This document shows positions 27,701-35,195 of a stretch of 39,816 nucleotides of DNA, piece after piece; the first letter of the stretch is position 1, and the number at the start of each line of letters is the position of its first letter. A model generated the notes under the pieces. That model searched no databases, was not told where the DNA came from, and saw only the letters and a program-made list of their open reading frames with translations. A program made the position numbers and the translations under genes. The stretch spans positions 1-39,816 of the IMG/VR virus record IMGVR_UViG_3300031965_000479; one strand, written 5' to 3'. Source of the DNA: a virus. Lineage: Duplodnaviria > Caudoviricetes.

Positions 27701-28110
27701 TTGCTCGCCGCCTGTGCGTCAAACGCCTCGTAAGTCACCTGGATCAGCTCGAAGGCTTCGAGGAACGGATTCGGCAAGTCGTGGCCATGCGGCGACCTGG
27801 ATGCCTTGACCGTCTCGTCGGGCAGGAGATCGCACATCGACTCCTGCGCCTCGTGGACCTCTTCGCAAAGCCCACCCAGCGTCGAATAGCCCGCCTGGCC
27901 GCAGACCAGGTCGGATACCCAGTACCAGAGTTTGTGGCAGGCTTCGTGCCGGCGACTGGTCCCGGCCGACCCGCCACTGACCGAGTTGATCTGGACGTAG
28001 GCGTGGCCCTTCGGTATCGCCGTGCCGCACTCGCAGCACCGGTGGCGCTTACGCGCGCGCCGCTCCGTCTCGACCCAGACGGCGCACATCTCGGCGTCGA
28101 GGTCACACAT
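27697..28110 (-). CDS. Zn-finger hypothetical protein
   Basis: RRARKRHRCCECG.AI..G..Y..RHEAC common phage motif. Confidence 0.6.
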   Translation of the reverse strand: MCDLDAEMCAVWVETERRARKRHRCCECGTAIPKGHAYVQINSVSGGSAGTSRRHEACHKLWYWVSDLVCGQAGYSTLGGLCEEVHEAQESMCDLLPDETVKASRSPHGHDLPNPFLEAFELIQVTYEAFDAQAASK

Positions 28111-28696
28111 GTGACACCGCCCTGGCGAGCGCCCGCCGCAGGTCGCGCCGCCGGTTGTTTTCCTTGCCCGTGACGTACTCGAGATTCGAGAGGCGGTTGT
28201 CGGTCCCGCCGTTCTCCTTGTGATCAATCTCGAAACCGGGAGGTCGCGGGCCGATGAACGCCTCGGCGACGAGTGAATGGATCGTTTTGTCGTGATGTAC
28301 ACCGCGGACGCAAAGATCCACGATGATGTATCGAGGGCGCCCGTCGGCGTGTCTTGCGTTCGGTCGCCCCTTCAAGACGCGGTCAGCGCCAGCACGGCGG
28401 ACGCGCCCCTGGTCGCTGACCTCGTACTCGGGGACGCCGACGACCTGGCGCCACTCTTCTGTGACCCGGGCAGGACTCGAACCTGCAGCCTCACCCTTAG
28501 GAAGGGTTTGCTCAATCCGTTGAGCTACCGGGCCTGCGGTCGTGGACTCTGCACCGCAGGCCTTCGAAAAACCAGACTTCCCATCTCCGGGCCCAGCGAG
28601 ATAGGATGCTTGATGTGCGACCCCGTTGCAGCCCGGTTTGGGCTCCGGTGTACATGCCGACGTCTTAGGAAAACGTAGGTGCGCGCGGTCCGTCAT
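28103..28696 (-). CDS. NUMOD4-HNH endonuclease with N-terminal extension spanning a tRNA
   Basis: EEWRQVVG..YEVSDQGRVR (NUMOD4); HSLVAEAFIG..IDH..DNRLSNL..EN (HNH); GGAGG SD before ATG 28696. Confidence 0.75.
   Translation of the reverse strand: MTDRAHLRFPKTSACTPEPKPGCNGVAHQASYLAGPGDGKSGFSKACGAESTTAGPVAQRIEQTLPKGEAAGSSPARVTEEWRQVVGVPEYEVSDQGRVRRAGADRVLKGRPNARHADGRPRYIIVDLCVRGVHHDKTIHSLVAEAFIGPRPPGFEIDHKENGGTDNRLSNLEYVTGKENNRRRDLRRALARAVSHV
28462..28534 (-). tRNA. tRNA-Arg(CCU)
   Basis: GGCCCGG TA GCTC-AACGGATT-GAGC A AACCC-TTCCTAA-GGGTG AGGCT GCAGG-TTCGAGT-CCTGC CCGGGTC A; canonical cloverleaf, one A-G mismatch in anticodon stem, no encoded CCA. Confidence 0.85.
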
Positions 28697-28712
28697 AAAG
28701 GCCCTCCAGCAC

Positions 28713-28789
28713 AAAAAGAGCCCCCCTGTCTCGACGCGAATCGAAAGGTGCTGGCCGGTCGGAACGCGCTAATGCGGAGCCAGGGGAGC
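28713..28789 (-). ncRNA. Long hairpin with U-tract (attenuator or CI/c4-like small RNA candidate)
   Basis: GCTCCCCTG/CAGGGGGGC, CTC/GAG, GCGCG/CGCGT stems followed by TCTTTTT. Confidence 0.5.
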
Positions 28790-28799
28790 AAAAACCGTA

Positions 28800-28961
28800 G
28801 GCGTGATTCCGACGACATCCGGGCCAGCAACGTCAAGTTACATCCCGAACTTCTGGGGCGCTATAAAAAATGCGCAATGTCACAAAAAACCACTTGCGCA
28901 TACATCCTGGCCGACCTATGTTCCGCCACCTTTGTCCACACTGGACCCGATGTATGCGTGG
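28800..28961. promoter_or_regulatory. AT-richer intergenic region with repeats; attP and/or promoter candidate
   Basis: 3' of integrase; ACATC-containing repeats near 28814, 28840, 28902 and inverted near 28950; ATGCGCAA/TTGCGCAT inverted repeat; TTGACG on minus strand at 28831-28836. Confidence 0.4.
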
Positions 28962-30032
28962 TTACTTGCTCTTGCGGCGAGATTCCTCGGCGTCTTCGGG
29001 CGCGCGGCGAGCCAGCCGGCGCGACTCCTTGGTGGCGGCGAGAGTCCGTTCGTCGGCGGCAATGTTCGCGTCGATGACCCGGTACATTTCTTCCGTCTCG
29101 GTGTCGTCGCCGATACCGTATCGGTCGAATGCGGCGCGGGTCTTCCAGCCGCCTTGCAACATCACCGACTTCTCCGGGATGCGGTCGCGGACCCGGCGCA
29201 GGTACGCGAAGCTGTGGCGAAGCGCGTGAAGCGTCCAGTTCTCGCCGATGGCCGGGGCGACACCGGCGCGGTCGCAGGCTGCCTGGAGGTGGCGCAGGGC
29301 CGTCGTGGGGTTGACGTGGCGGCCGTGGTCGCGCTTGCGCTCCGATGCGAATACGAACTGACCGTGACGGGGTAGGGCGAGTACCGCCGCCAGAGCGCGG
29401 GCGGATAGGCGAGGGCGTCGGGGCTCGTCGTTCTTCGTCTCGAATAGCTCGATAATGCCGCGCTTGGTGTCGAGACTCGGCCAGCGCAAGGCGATCGCTT
29501 CCATGCGCCGCAGTCCGCTGTCGATGAGGACGAGGGTGAGGGCGCGATAGAGCGGCGACAGTTCGGCCAGGATGAGCTGCAGCTCGGCCTCGCCGCGCAC
29601 CTTCGTCTTGCGCACATTGTCTTCGCGTTCCATCTCAAGCGCGGTCAGCGGTGAGTACTTGAGAATTTGTCCGCGCACCGCCCAGTTGAACACGTGGCGC
29701 AGCACCGAAAGCTCGCGGTTCAGCGTCCCTGGCTGAGCGACGTCGCCGAGGCGCGTTTGCCGCCGACGGCGCCAGTCCCGGTAATCCTCGCAGTCGGCCG
29801 TGGTCATCTCGATGGCCGCGCGGGCCCCGAAGAATTTCACCAGTAGCTTGCCGATGCGGTCCTTGTCACGCCGCGACTTTTGGTGTCGCGCGAATTCGCG
29901 CCAGTAGCGCGCCCACAGCGACTCGAACGAGATCGCCGGGGGCGCCGCGGCCGCCGTTTGCGCGCTTGGCGCCGATTCAGTGGGCAAGCCACGCCAGCGC
30001 GTGCTTCGCCTCGAAGTCGTCCGAGTGTCCAA
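28962..30032 (-). CDS. int: Tyrosine recombinase/integrase
   Basis: TLNREL..L; SGLRRMEA (R), TKN (K), HALRH, GGWKT..FDRY (W, Y); start codon uncertain. Confidence 0.93.
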   Translation of the reverse strand: MDTRTTSRRSTRWRGLPTESAPSAQTAAAAPPAISFESLWARYWREFARHQKSRRDKDRIGKLLVKFFGARAAIEMTTADCEDYRDWRRRRQTRLGDVAQPGTLNRELSVLRHVFNWAVRGQILKYSPLTALEMEREDNVRKTKVRGEAELQLILAELSPLYRALTLVLIDSGLRRMEAIALRWPSLDTKRGIIELFETKNDEPRRPRLSARALAAVLALPRHGQFVFASERKRDHGRHVNPTTALRHLQAACDRAGVAPAIGENWTLHALRHSFAYLRRVRDRIPEKSVMLQGGWKTRAAFDRYGIGDDTETEEMYRVIDANIAADERTLAATKESRRLARRAPEDAEESRRKSK

Positions 30033-30062
30033 TGTGGTGTCGTGTCGGTAAGGATTAGGGCG

Positions 30063-30100
30063 AAAAGAAAGCGCCCGATCCAGCTAAGGAGGGGGCGCTT
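30063..30100 (-). terminator. Intrinsic terminator upstream of integrase
   Basis: AAGCGCCC...GGGCGCTT stem followed by TCTTTT. Confidence 0.6.
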
Positions 30101-30167
30101 GCATCGGTGCGAATGCGATGTGTGCTTTAGCCTGTATGAAGATTGCGCAGTTAGTGCAACTTGCAGC

Positions 30168-30228
30168 GCCCATCTGCGGGTTCGAACCACAGTCCGCCTA
30201 CGACGGGTCCCCCTGCTCGGGACTGGGC
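30168..30228 (-). ncRNA. Mini tRNA-like cloverleaf (61 nt)
   Basis: GCCCA/TGGGC closing stem, GTCCC/GGGAC, CCGTC/GGCGG, TGTGG-TTCGAAC-CCGCA T-arm. Confidence 0.45.
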
Positions 30229-30272
30229 AAACGCCGGTACGAAGCCCCGGCTGGCTGTGTTAAAACCATCCC

Positions 30273-30491
30273 ATGAAACTAATCGCGCTCATCGCGTTCG
30301 TCTTGGTTGCTGGCGTCGGCGATGCGAGTCCCGGGGGTTTTAGTTCAGCGATGGATGCTGGATCGGCGGATACTGCGTCGGAAGCGCCGGCCAGCCCCGC
30401 CTGTGTGCTGGAACCGACCGGCGATGAACGTGAGATCGAATGCCTGATAGAACGCTTGGCGCGCGCTCGTAAGGCGTCACCAGCTCACTGA
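30273..30491 (+). CDS. Small secreted protein
   Basis: Signal-peptide-like MKLIALIAFVLVAGVG; one of two plausible plus-strand genes. Confidence 0.4.
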   Translation: MKLIALIAFVLVAGVGDASPGGFSSAMDAGSADTASEAPASPACVLEPTGDEREIECLIERLARARKASPAH

Positions 30492-31300
30492 AACGAGACG
30501 ACCGGCGGCACCGGATCCGTTGGCGGCGGTGGCGGGTCTCCGGCTGGGCGAAGGCAGACACATGTGTCCGGATACCCAGGGAACTCCGTCGGGTACTTCG
30601 CAGTGCAATCCGTCGGGTCCACGGGGCCAATGCCGCAACACCCTGAACTTTGCAGAGCGCGACAGTCAGGGTCTGTCCAGTCCTTGCCACGGCAGTAGCC
30701 GCCGTTGCTGGCGCACACCCAGTCTTTTTGATCCACCGGCGGGGGCAACGGCGCCATCTGGACACAATCGTCAGTCGCGAGACTGGTGATCCCATCCGAA
30801 CCCGGCGCGTTCATCGAGTCGTAATTCCGTCGCCTTCCGTCTGACGAGCTGGCCTGAGCGCCAGTGAACACGAGCCCAGCGAACGCGGTCAACCGCCGGC
30901 CGCTTCGGTTGTGAGTCCAGGCAATGCGGTCGTTCAGAGTGTCCCACCCTCCGCTGGTCGGAGTGGTCGCGATGCGCATGTAGCAGTGTTTGTTCAGAAT
31001 CGTGTACGCCACACACCAGCCACTCGGGTTGCTGAAGTCGGCATTGGTCGCTGGCATCGTGCGAATCACGACCCATCCCGGACGTCCATGCGTCTTCGCG
31101 ATCTCATCGTTATCGCAACTCCACATGTCCGGCGGGAGGTTCTGCGGCTTCGGGTGACAGACGCCCGTTTCCTGGATCCCGCCGGGGCCAGTCCAGCACT
31201 CCACGTACTCCGTAGCGCTCTGCTTCGTCTCGGTCTCGACCGGTTCGTTGCAGCCCCATAGCGCGACTGAAATCATTGTACATAACAACCTTTTTTGCAT
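30485..31300 (-). CDS. Cys-rich lipoprotein with beta/gamma-crystallin-like segment
   Basis: LWGC lipobox; WDTLNDRIAW..NRSG..F...FTG..DGITSL; Pro/Cys-rich C-terminus; AGGA SD. Confidence 0.6.
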   Translation of the reverse strand: MQKRLLCTMISVALWGCNEPVETETKQSATEYVECWTGPGGIQETGVCHPKPQNLPPDMWSCDNDEIAKTHGRPGWVVIRTMPATNADFSNPSGWCVAYTILNKHCYMRIATTPTSGGWDTLNDRIAWTHNRSGRRLTAFAGLVFTGAQASSSDGRRRNYDSMNAPGSDGITSLATDDCVQMAPLPPPVDQKDWVCASNGGYCRGKDWTDPDCRALQSSGCCGIGPVDPTDCTAKYPTEFPGYPDTCVCLRPAGDPPPPPTDPVPPVVSFQ

Positions 31301-31333
31301 GTTCCTATCCTTCCTTCTGCGGTTTTCGGTCCT

Positions 31334-31843
31334 CTATCGCTTCATCTGAGAATTGGTGAGCGCAAACTCACCGTGAAGCTCGCGAGCGGCGGCGTCATAG
31401 GCACGACCGGCTTCCTCGGCAGTCTCAAACAGGCCCAGGAACCTGCGTTTCCGGTCGGCCATGATGAGAGCGACCCACTTACGAGCCTGCGGGTCCCAGG
31501 AGACCCCTTTGTAACCGCTGGTGTTTCTGCGGCTGAGTCGGGCGTTTCTGTTGTTCTCGGCGCGGGTTGCCCTCCGCAGGTTCTCGCTGCGGCAGTCGAG
31601 CGTCGCATGGTTTATGTGGTCGATGAACTCCGACCGCAGGAGGAGGCGCCCTAATTTCAGCTCCATGACCGCACGGTGCAGGTATTGCGACGAACGCTTA
31701 CCGGGCGCGATGGTCGCGGACCGAACGCCGTAGAAGCCTTCTACACAACGGTGCCAAGTCGCTCGCCAGTTGAAACCGGCGAGGATGGCGCAGTCGTCGT
31801 CGATCAGAGCGACTTGGCCGCGTGTGAGAGGGATTTCGATCAC
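31334..31843 (-). CDS. HNH-AP2 homing endonuclease (second copy)
   Basis: IPLTRG, LHR, IDHINHATLD..NLR..EN, SGYKGVSW, AYDAAARELHGEFA. Confidence 0.9.
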   Translation of the reverse strand: MIEIPLTRGQVALIDDDCAILAGFNWRATWHRCVEGFYGVRSATIAPGKRSSQYLHRAVMELKLGRLLLRSEFIDHINHATLDCRSENLRRATRAENNRNARLSRRNTSGYKGVSWDPQARKWVALIMADRKRRFLGLFETAEEAGRAYDAAARELHGEFALTNSQMKR

Positions 31844-32295
31844 CGTCCGTCCCACCCTTGCGCTCGGAGTACGCCTTCGATGTCCGGCGGCGTCCAGCCC
31901 GGCGGCTTCTGGAACTTGCCCCACTCGTCCACCTCGCCGCCTTCCTTTGCCATGTTCGAGCGCATGACCTCGTCGTTCAACGGGTCATCAAAGATTCCGC
32001 ACTCCAAAAGTGTGCCCGTGACCACGACAGACGAGTCGGAACACGCGTCGGCGATCTCGACCAGACCGCCCTGGCCACCGAACCCGCGCTTCTTTGTGAC
32101 CTTGTCGACCATCTCTGAGCAGATACGGCGACAGTCGTAGGCACCAACGAGGGCCACGCCAAGTTCCATGAACTCTTCGATGCAGATCAGGGCTCGTTTC
32201 ATCCGCACATCCTGACTCGGGTCATGCGGCGGCGTTTCGTCGACCTGGCCCATGGCCACGTGAAAATCCGCGACCTGTTTCTGCAGCTTGCTCAT
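31840..32295 (-). CDS. MazG-like nucleotide pyrophosphohydrolase (PRA-PH/DR2231 type)
   Basis: VADFH, IEEFME, EIADACSD, EVMRSNMAK, GKFQKPPGWTPPDI. Confidence 0.88.
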   Translation of the reverse strand: MSKLQKQVADFHVAMGQVDETPPHDPSQDVRMKRALICIEEFMELGVALVGAYDCRRICSEMVDKVTKKRGFGGQGGLVEIADACSDSSVVVTGTLLECGIFDDPLNDEVMRSNMAKEGGEVDEWGKFQKPPGWTPPDIEGVLRAQGWDGR

Positions 32296-32552
32296 GGCGT
32301 TTTGCTCACTTTCCACTTCCCGTTGATCCACTCGACGATTCGCTCCCCTCGGTCCTGACCGTCGTCTCGGCCAACGACCGTCACGCTGAACTTTCGATGC
32401 GACAGTGCCCTCGGTGGGCACGTGTCGCGCAGTCCGAAACTGCGCAGGATCTTCTGAGCCACTGCCCAACTTGCGGCACTGTGACCTGCTGCCGATGCCT
32501 GGTAGCGTCCGCGCGATGCCCAGGTCTTCGGGTCTGTCATTGGTGCGCTCAT
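32292..32552 (-). CDS. Hypothetical protein
   Basis: MSAPMTDP..; ATGA overlaps. Confidence 0.5.
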   Translation of the reverse strand: MSAPMTDPKTWASRGRYQASAAGHSAASWAVAQKILRSFGLRDTCPPRALSHRKFSVTVVGRDDGQDRGERIVEWINGKWKVSKTP

Positions 32553-32887
32553 GTGTACCCCCTTTGAAATCGTTGCTCCTGGCGCTCCCGCTTCGCGAAC
32601 AGCGTTCCCTTGTCGCGCAGTCGAATGCGCAGCTTTTTCTCGAGGTCCTCGGCCTCGGCGTAGCTCAGATCGCGCAGTTCCTTCTTGCAGTAGGCGCCGA
32701 GTCGTTCTTCCCACTCGTCGCCGTAGAACCCGATCTCCAGCCTCAGCGAGGCAAGGCAGCGACGCTGACTCTCCGTGCATCGGGACTGGCGCACGATCTT
32801 GTGCTGCGCCTTCCATTTCTTGATCTTCGGTTCGAACACGACCACGTCGACTTCATCGAGAGGATCCGGCTCGTCGTCCTGATCCAT
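32549..32887 (-). CDS. Hypothetical protein resembling the Bet C-terminal helical domain
   Basis: TESQRRCL..L..EIG..KKELRDLSYAEA pattern. Confidence 0.55.
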   Translation of the reverse strand: MDQDDEPDPLDEVDVVVFEPKIKKWKAQHKIVRQSRCTESQRRCLASLRLEIGFYGDEWEERLGAYCKKELRDLSYAEAEDLEKKLRIRLRDKGTLFAKRERQEQRFQRGYT

Positions 32888-33980
32888 TTTTCCGCTCCCG
32901 AAGCGCGTCGAGAAAGTCATCCATTTCGTCAACGCTCAGTTCCTCGGACGACTTCTTGTTGTAGCGATGCCAGATGGCTGCCTTGCGTTCCTTGTCGGAC
33001 ATCCCCAGCTCGGCGGCGATCCCGCGCATCGCCTTGTTCTGCTGATTGGTTCGCTGGATTGCCGGCGTACCGACGAGCCATTCTGACCGGCGGTCATCCC
33101 AGGTCCAGACAGGGACCGTGGTTTCCGTGGCGCTCACGTCGCCGTCGTCGCCCGGCTCGCGCTCGGCCGCGCCGGGGGACACGGCCTTTGCGGCGTCGAC
33201 GGCGCTAGACGCAGTAGGCACCGCACTGAGGGCACTGTCCGCCTGGCTCGTCGTGGTCGACGAGGCACTCGAGGCAGGAGTAGGCGCCTTCGCTTTTGGG
33301 GCTTCCGCTGCCGGCGGGGCCTCCAATTGCACCGTGAGGCGCTTCGGCGCCTTCGCCGTGGTCGCAGCGACAGCCTTTTGCGCGTCGTTCGCGGGCGGTG
33401 GCGTGTATGAGACGTCGCCCGAACGCTCCATCTCCTCACCGATGACCAGCCCGGACGTCTCGGCGGGGAACGCCTTGCGGTGGCAAGCGGCTTCAGCGCA
33501 CTTGCCGAGCATGACGTGGCCCTTCTGATTCCACATCGTGTTGTCGGCGGTGTATTCGTCCCAGAAGACCGTCGCCGACACCAGGTGCCAAGTGCCGTCT
33601 TTTGTCTGCTTTCTGATGTGCGCCCGTGCTTTGGTCAGCTTTCCTTCGGCGTTGTAGTCGAAATCGCATTCTGGCCCGGGGGCATAGCGGCCGGTGCGAT
33701 CCGCGATGAGGCGCAGGCCGTCGATTCCGGTCTGGATGGTCATCTTTTCGTAGTACCGCCCGTCGTCGCCTTTCTGCCTGCGCCAAATGGCATAGATCTG
33801 TTTCGAAAGCGGATCGAGGCCGGTGCGCGCGCATTGGTACAGGAACAGCTGCAACTCGGCGTCGGTTGCCTTCGGAGCGATCTGGCTCTTGATTAGAGCC
33901 ATTTGCTCATCACTGAAGTAACCCGCAGTTCTCACTGCCGCGGGCGTCCCTGCCAATGCCAATGCCTTCTCGTCACTCAC
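32853..33980 (-). CDS. bet: Phage single-strand annealing recombinase Bet (RecT/Redbeta family)
   Basis: ATDAELQLFL..C..GLDPL.KQIY, IQTGIDGLRLIADRTG, W..KGHVMLGKCAEA..RKAFP; GGAGG SD. Confidence 0.92.
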   Translation of the reverse strand: MSDEKALALAGTPAAVRTAGYFSDEQMALIKSQIAPKATDAELQLFLYQCARTGLDPLSKQIYAIWRRQKGDDGRYYEKMTIQTGIDGLRLIADRTGRYAPGPECDFDYNAEGKLTKARAHIRKQTKDGTWHLVSATVFWDEYTADNTMWNQKGHVMLGKCAEAACHRKAFPAETSGLVIGEEMERSGDVSYTPPPANDAQKAVAATTAKAPKRLTVQLEAPPAAEAPKAKAPTPASSASSTTTSQADSALSAVPTASSAVDAAKAVSPGAAEREPGDDGDVSATETTVPVWTWDDRRSEWLVGTPAIQRTNQQNKAMRGIAAELGMSDKERKAAIWHRYNKKSSEELSVDEMDDFLDALRERKNGSGRRAGSSR

Positions 33981-34311
33981 GTGGACCTCCTGTTGCCGCT
34001 GCCTTGCACTCATGAACCCCGAGCCATCCCTCGCCACAGTCGTTGCACTGGCGCAGGAACGACGCATATCGTTCGCCGGCTAGTTGTCGCGGCGTCTCCG
34101 CCGCCGCTGCGTCGGATTTCTTGAGCGAAGCCGCCAGCAGCGCGCACTTCGCATCGAGCGCTTCGTTCCTCGCCAGCGCCGCATCCCTCTCCCCTGCCAG
34201 GCGAATCACATCAGCGTCCAGCGCTTCGATGCGCTCGTACAGGTCCGCCACTTCCTCGTCGGTCGCGGGCTCCTCGCCGCACATCTCGCAGTGGGTGTTC
34301 ATCGCTTTCAT
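33973..34311 (-). CDS. Coiled-coil/Zn hypothetical protein
   Basis: CEMC, CNDC..HEC; ATGA overlap. Confidence 0.55.
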   Translation of the reverse strand: MKAMNTHCEMCGEEPATDEEVADLYERIEALDADVIRLAGERDAALARNEALDAKCALLAASLKKSDAAAAETPRQLAGERYASFLRQCNDCGEGWLGVHECKAAATGGPRE

Positions 34312-34571
34312 CGCACTTCCTCGTCGTTGACGAAGCTGGTGCCGTGAATGCGACACGACTGCCAGGGGATGCAACCCTCGCACGTGGCCGCCGGGTGCAG
34401 CTCGATGACCTCGGCGAGGTCGTTCAGATCGTCCCCCATCCACTCGGGCGCGGCCTGCGCATCGGCGGCGCTCTCGCGGTCCAGCCAGGCGATGATTTTC
34501 TCGCTCGTCGAACCGCCGGCCTTTTCGACCATCGCCTTCGCCAGCCTCGTTACGTCGTCCATGGTTTTCAC
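34308..34571 (-). CDS. Hypothetical protein
   Basis: GTGA overlap. Confidence 0.5.
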   Translation of the reverse strand: MKTMDDVTRLAKAMVEKAGGSTSEKIIAWLDRESAADAQAAPEWMGDDLNDLAEVIELHPAATCEGCIPWQSCRIHGTSFVNDEEVR

Positions 34572-34819
34572 TGGAACACCTTCCCTTCCACGTCCTGTTC
34601 TACGTACCAGTGCCCTTCCACCAGCTCCATCCGCAGCCACCAGGCCAGTCGCGCCAGCACGAATTCGCCCTCCGTCTGGCTCATCACCCGTACCGGAATC
34701 GTGTCGCCGGCTTCGAGGGAATCAGCGACGCCCTTCCAGTCCTGGCACGCGATGAGATCCGACAGCGTTGCTGCGTCCTGTTCCTCGGGTGAGCCGAGGT
34801 TCTCAAGGTAGCGGGTCAT
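34568..34819 (-). CDS. Hypothetical protein
   Basis: GGAG SD, overlap coupling. Confidence 0.55.
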   Translation of the reverse strand: MTRYLENLGSPEEQDAATLSDLIACQDWKGVADSLEAGDTIPVRVMSQTEGEFVLARLAWWLRMELVEGHWYVEQDVEGKVFQ

Positions 34820-35016
34820 CGGCGCTCCAGAAAACGAAGCACGGTCTCAAGAGCGGCGCGAAGCTCGCCCACGGTGACTTTCTTGCGAGCCTTCGCGATG
34901 ACGATGTCCCCAGCTTGATACCCCGACGGGTTTCCCCATACACGGGTCTCTCGTACGTCCCCCTTCGCGTTAGCAACGAACGAGTAGCCCTTTCTGTCTT
35001 TCCGCTTGTGTTTCAT
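34816..35016 (-). CDS. Small basic hypothetical protein
   Basis: MKHKRKDRKG..; ATGA overlaps. Confidence 0.5.
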   Translation of the reverse strand: MKHKRKDRKGYSFVANAKGDVRETRVWGNPSGYQAGDIVIAKARKKVTVGELRAALETVLRFLERR

Positions 35017-35195
35017 CGCAGCCACGCTTCCAGGGCCGCGTCCCACATGTAGCCTCCGATGATCCCCACGACGATGCAGACCACCGCAGAGACGCAGACC
35101 AGCGCGACGTTTTGCAGGGCGATCGTGCGCCCTTCCTTGCGCCTCCGAACGCACCTGTCGCAGCTGCAGTTGCGCAGCGACGATAGGCTGGTCAT
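35013..35195 (-). CDS. Small membrane protein
   Basis: TM segment VALVCVSAVVCIVVGIIGGY. Confidence 0.5.
   Translation of the reverse strand: MTSLSSLRNCSCDRCVRRRKEGRTIALQNVALVCVSAVVCIVVGIIGGYMWDAALEAWLR

Noticed and set aside
28893-28922. dif/Xer-like site (CTTGCGCATAC)
   Set aside because: Resembles a XerC arm but no XerD arm at the 6-bp spacing
30168-30228. Second functional tRNA gene
   Set aside because: Too short, 5-bp closing stem, no 7-nt anticodon loop in the right position; kept only as tRNA-like
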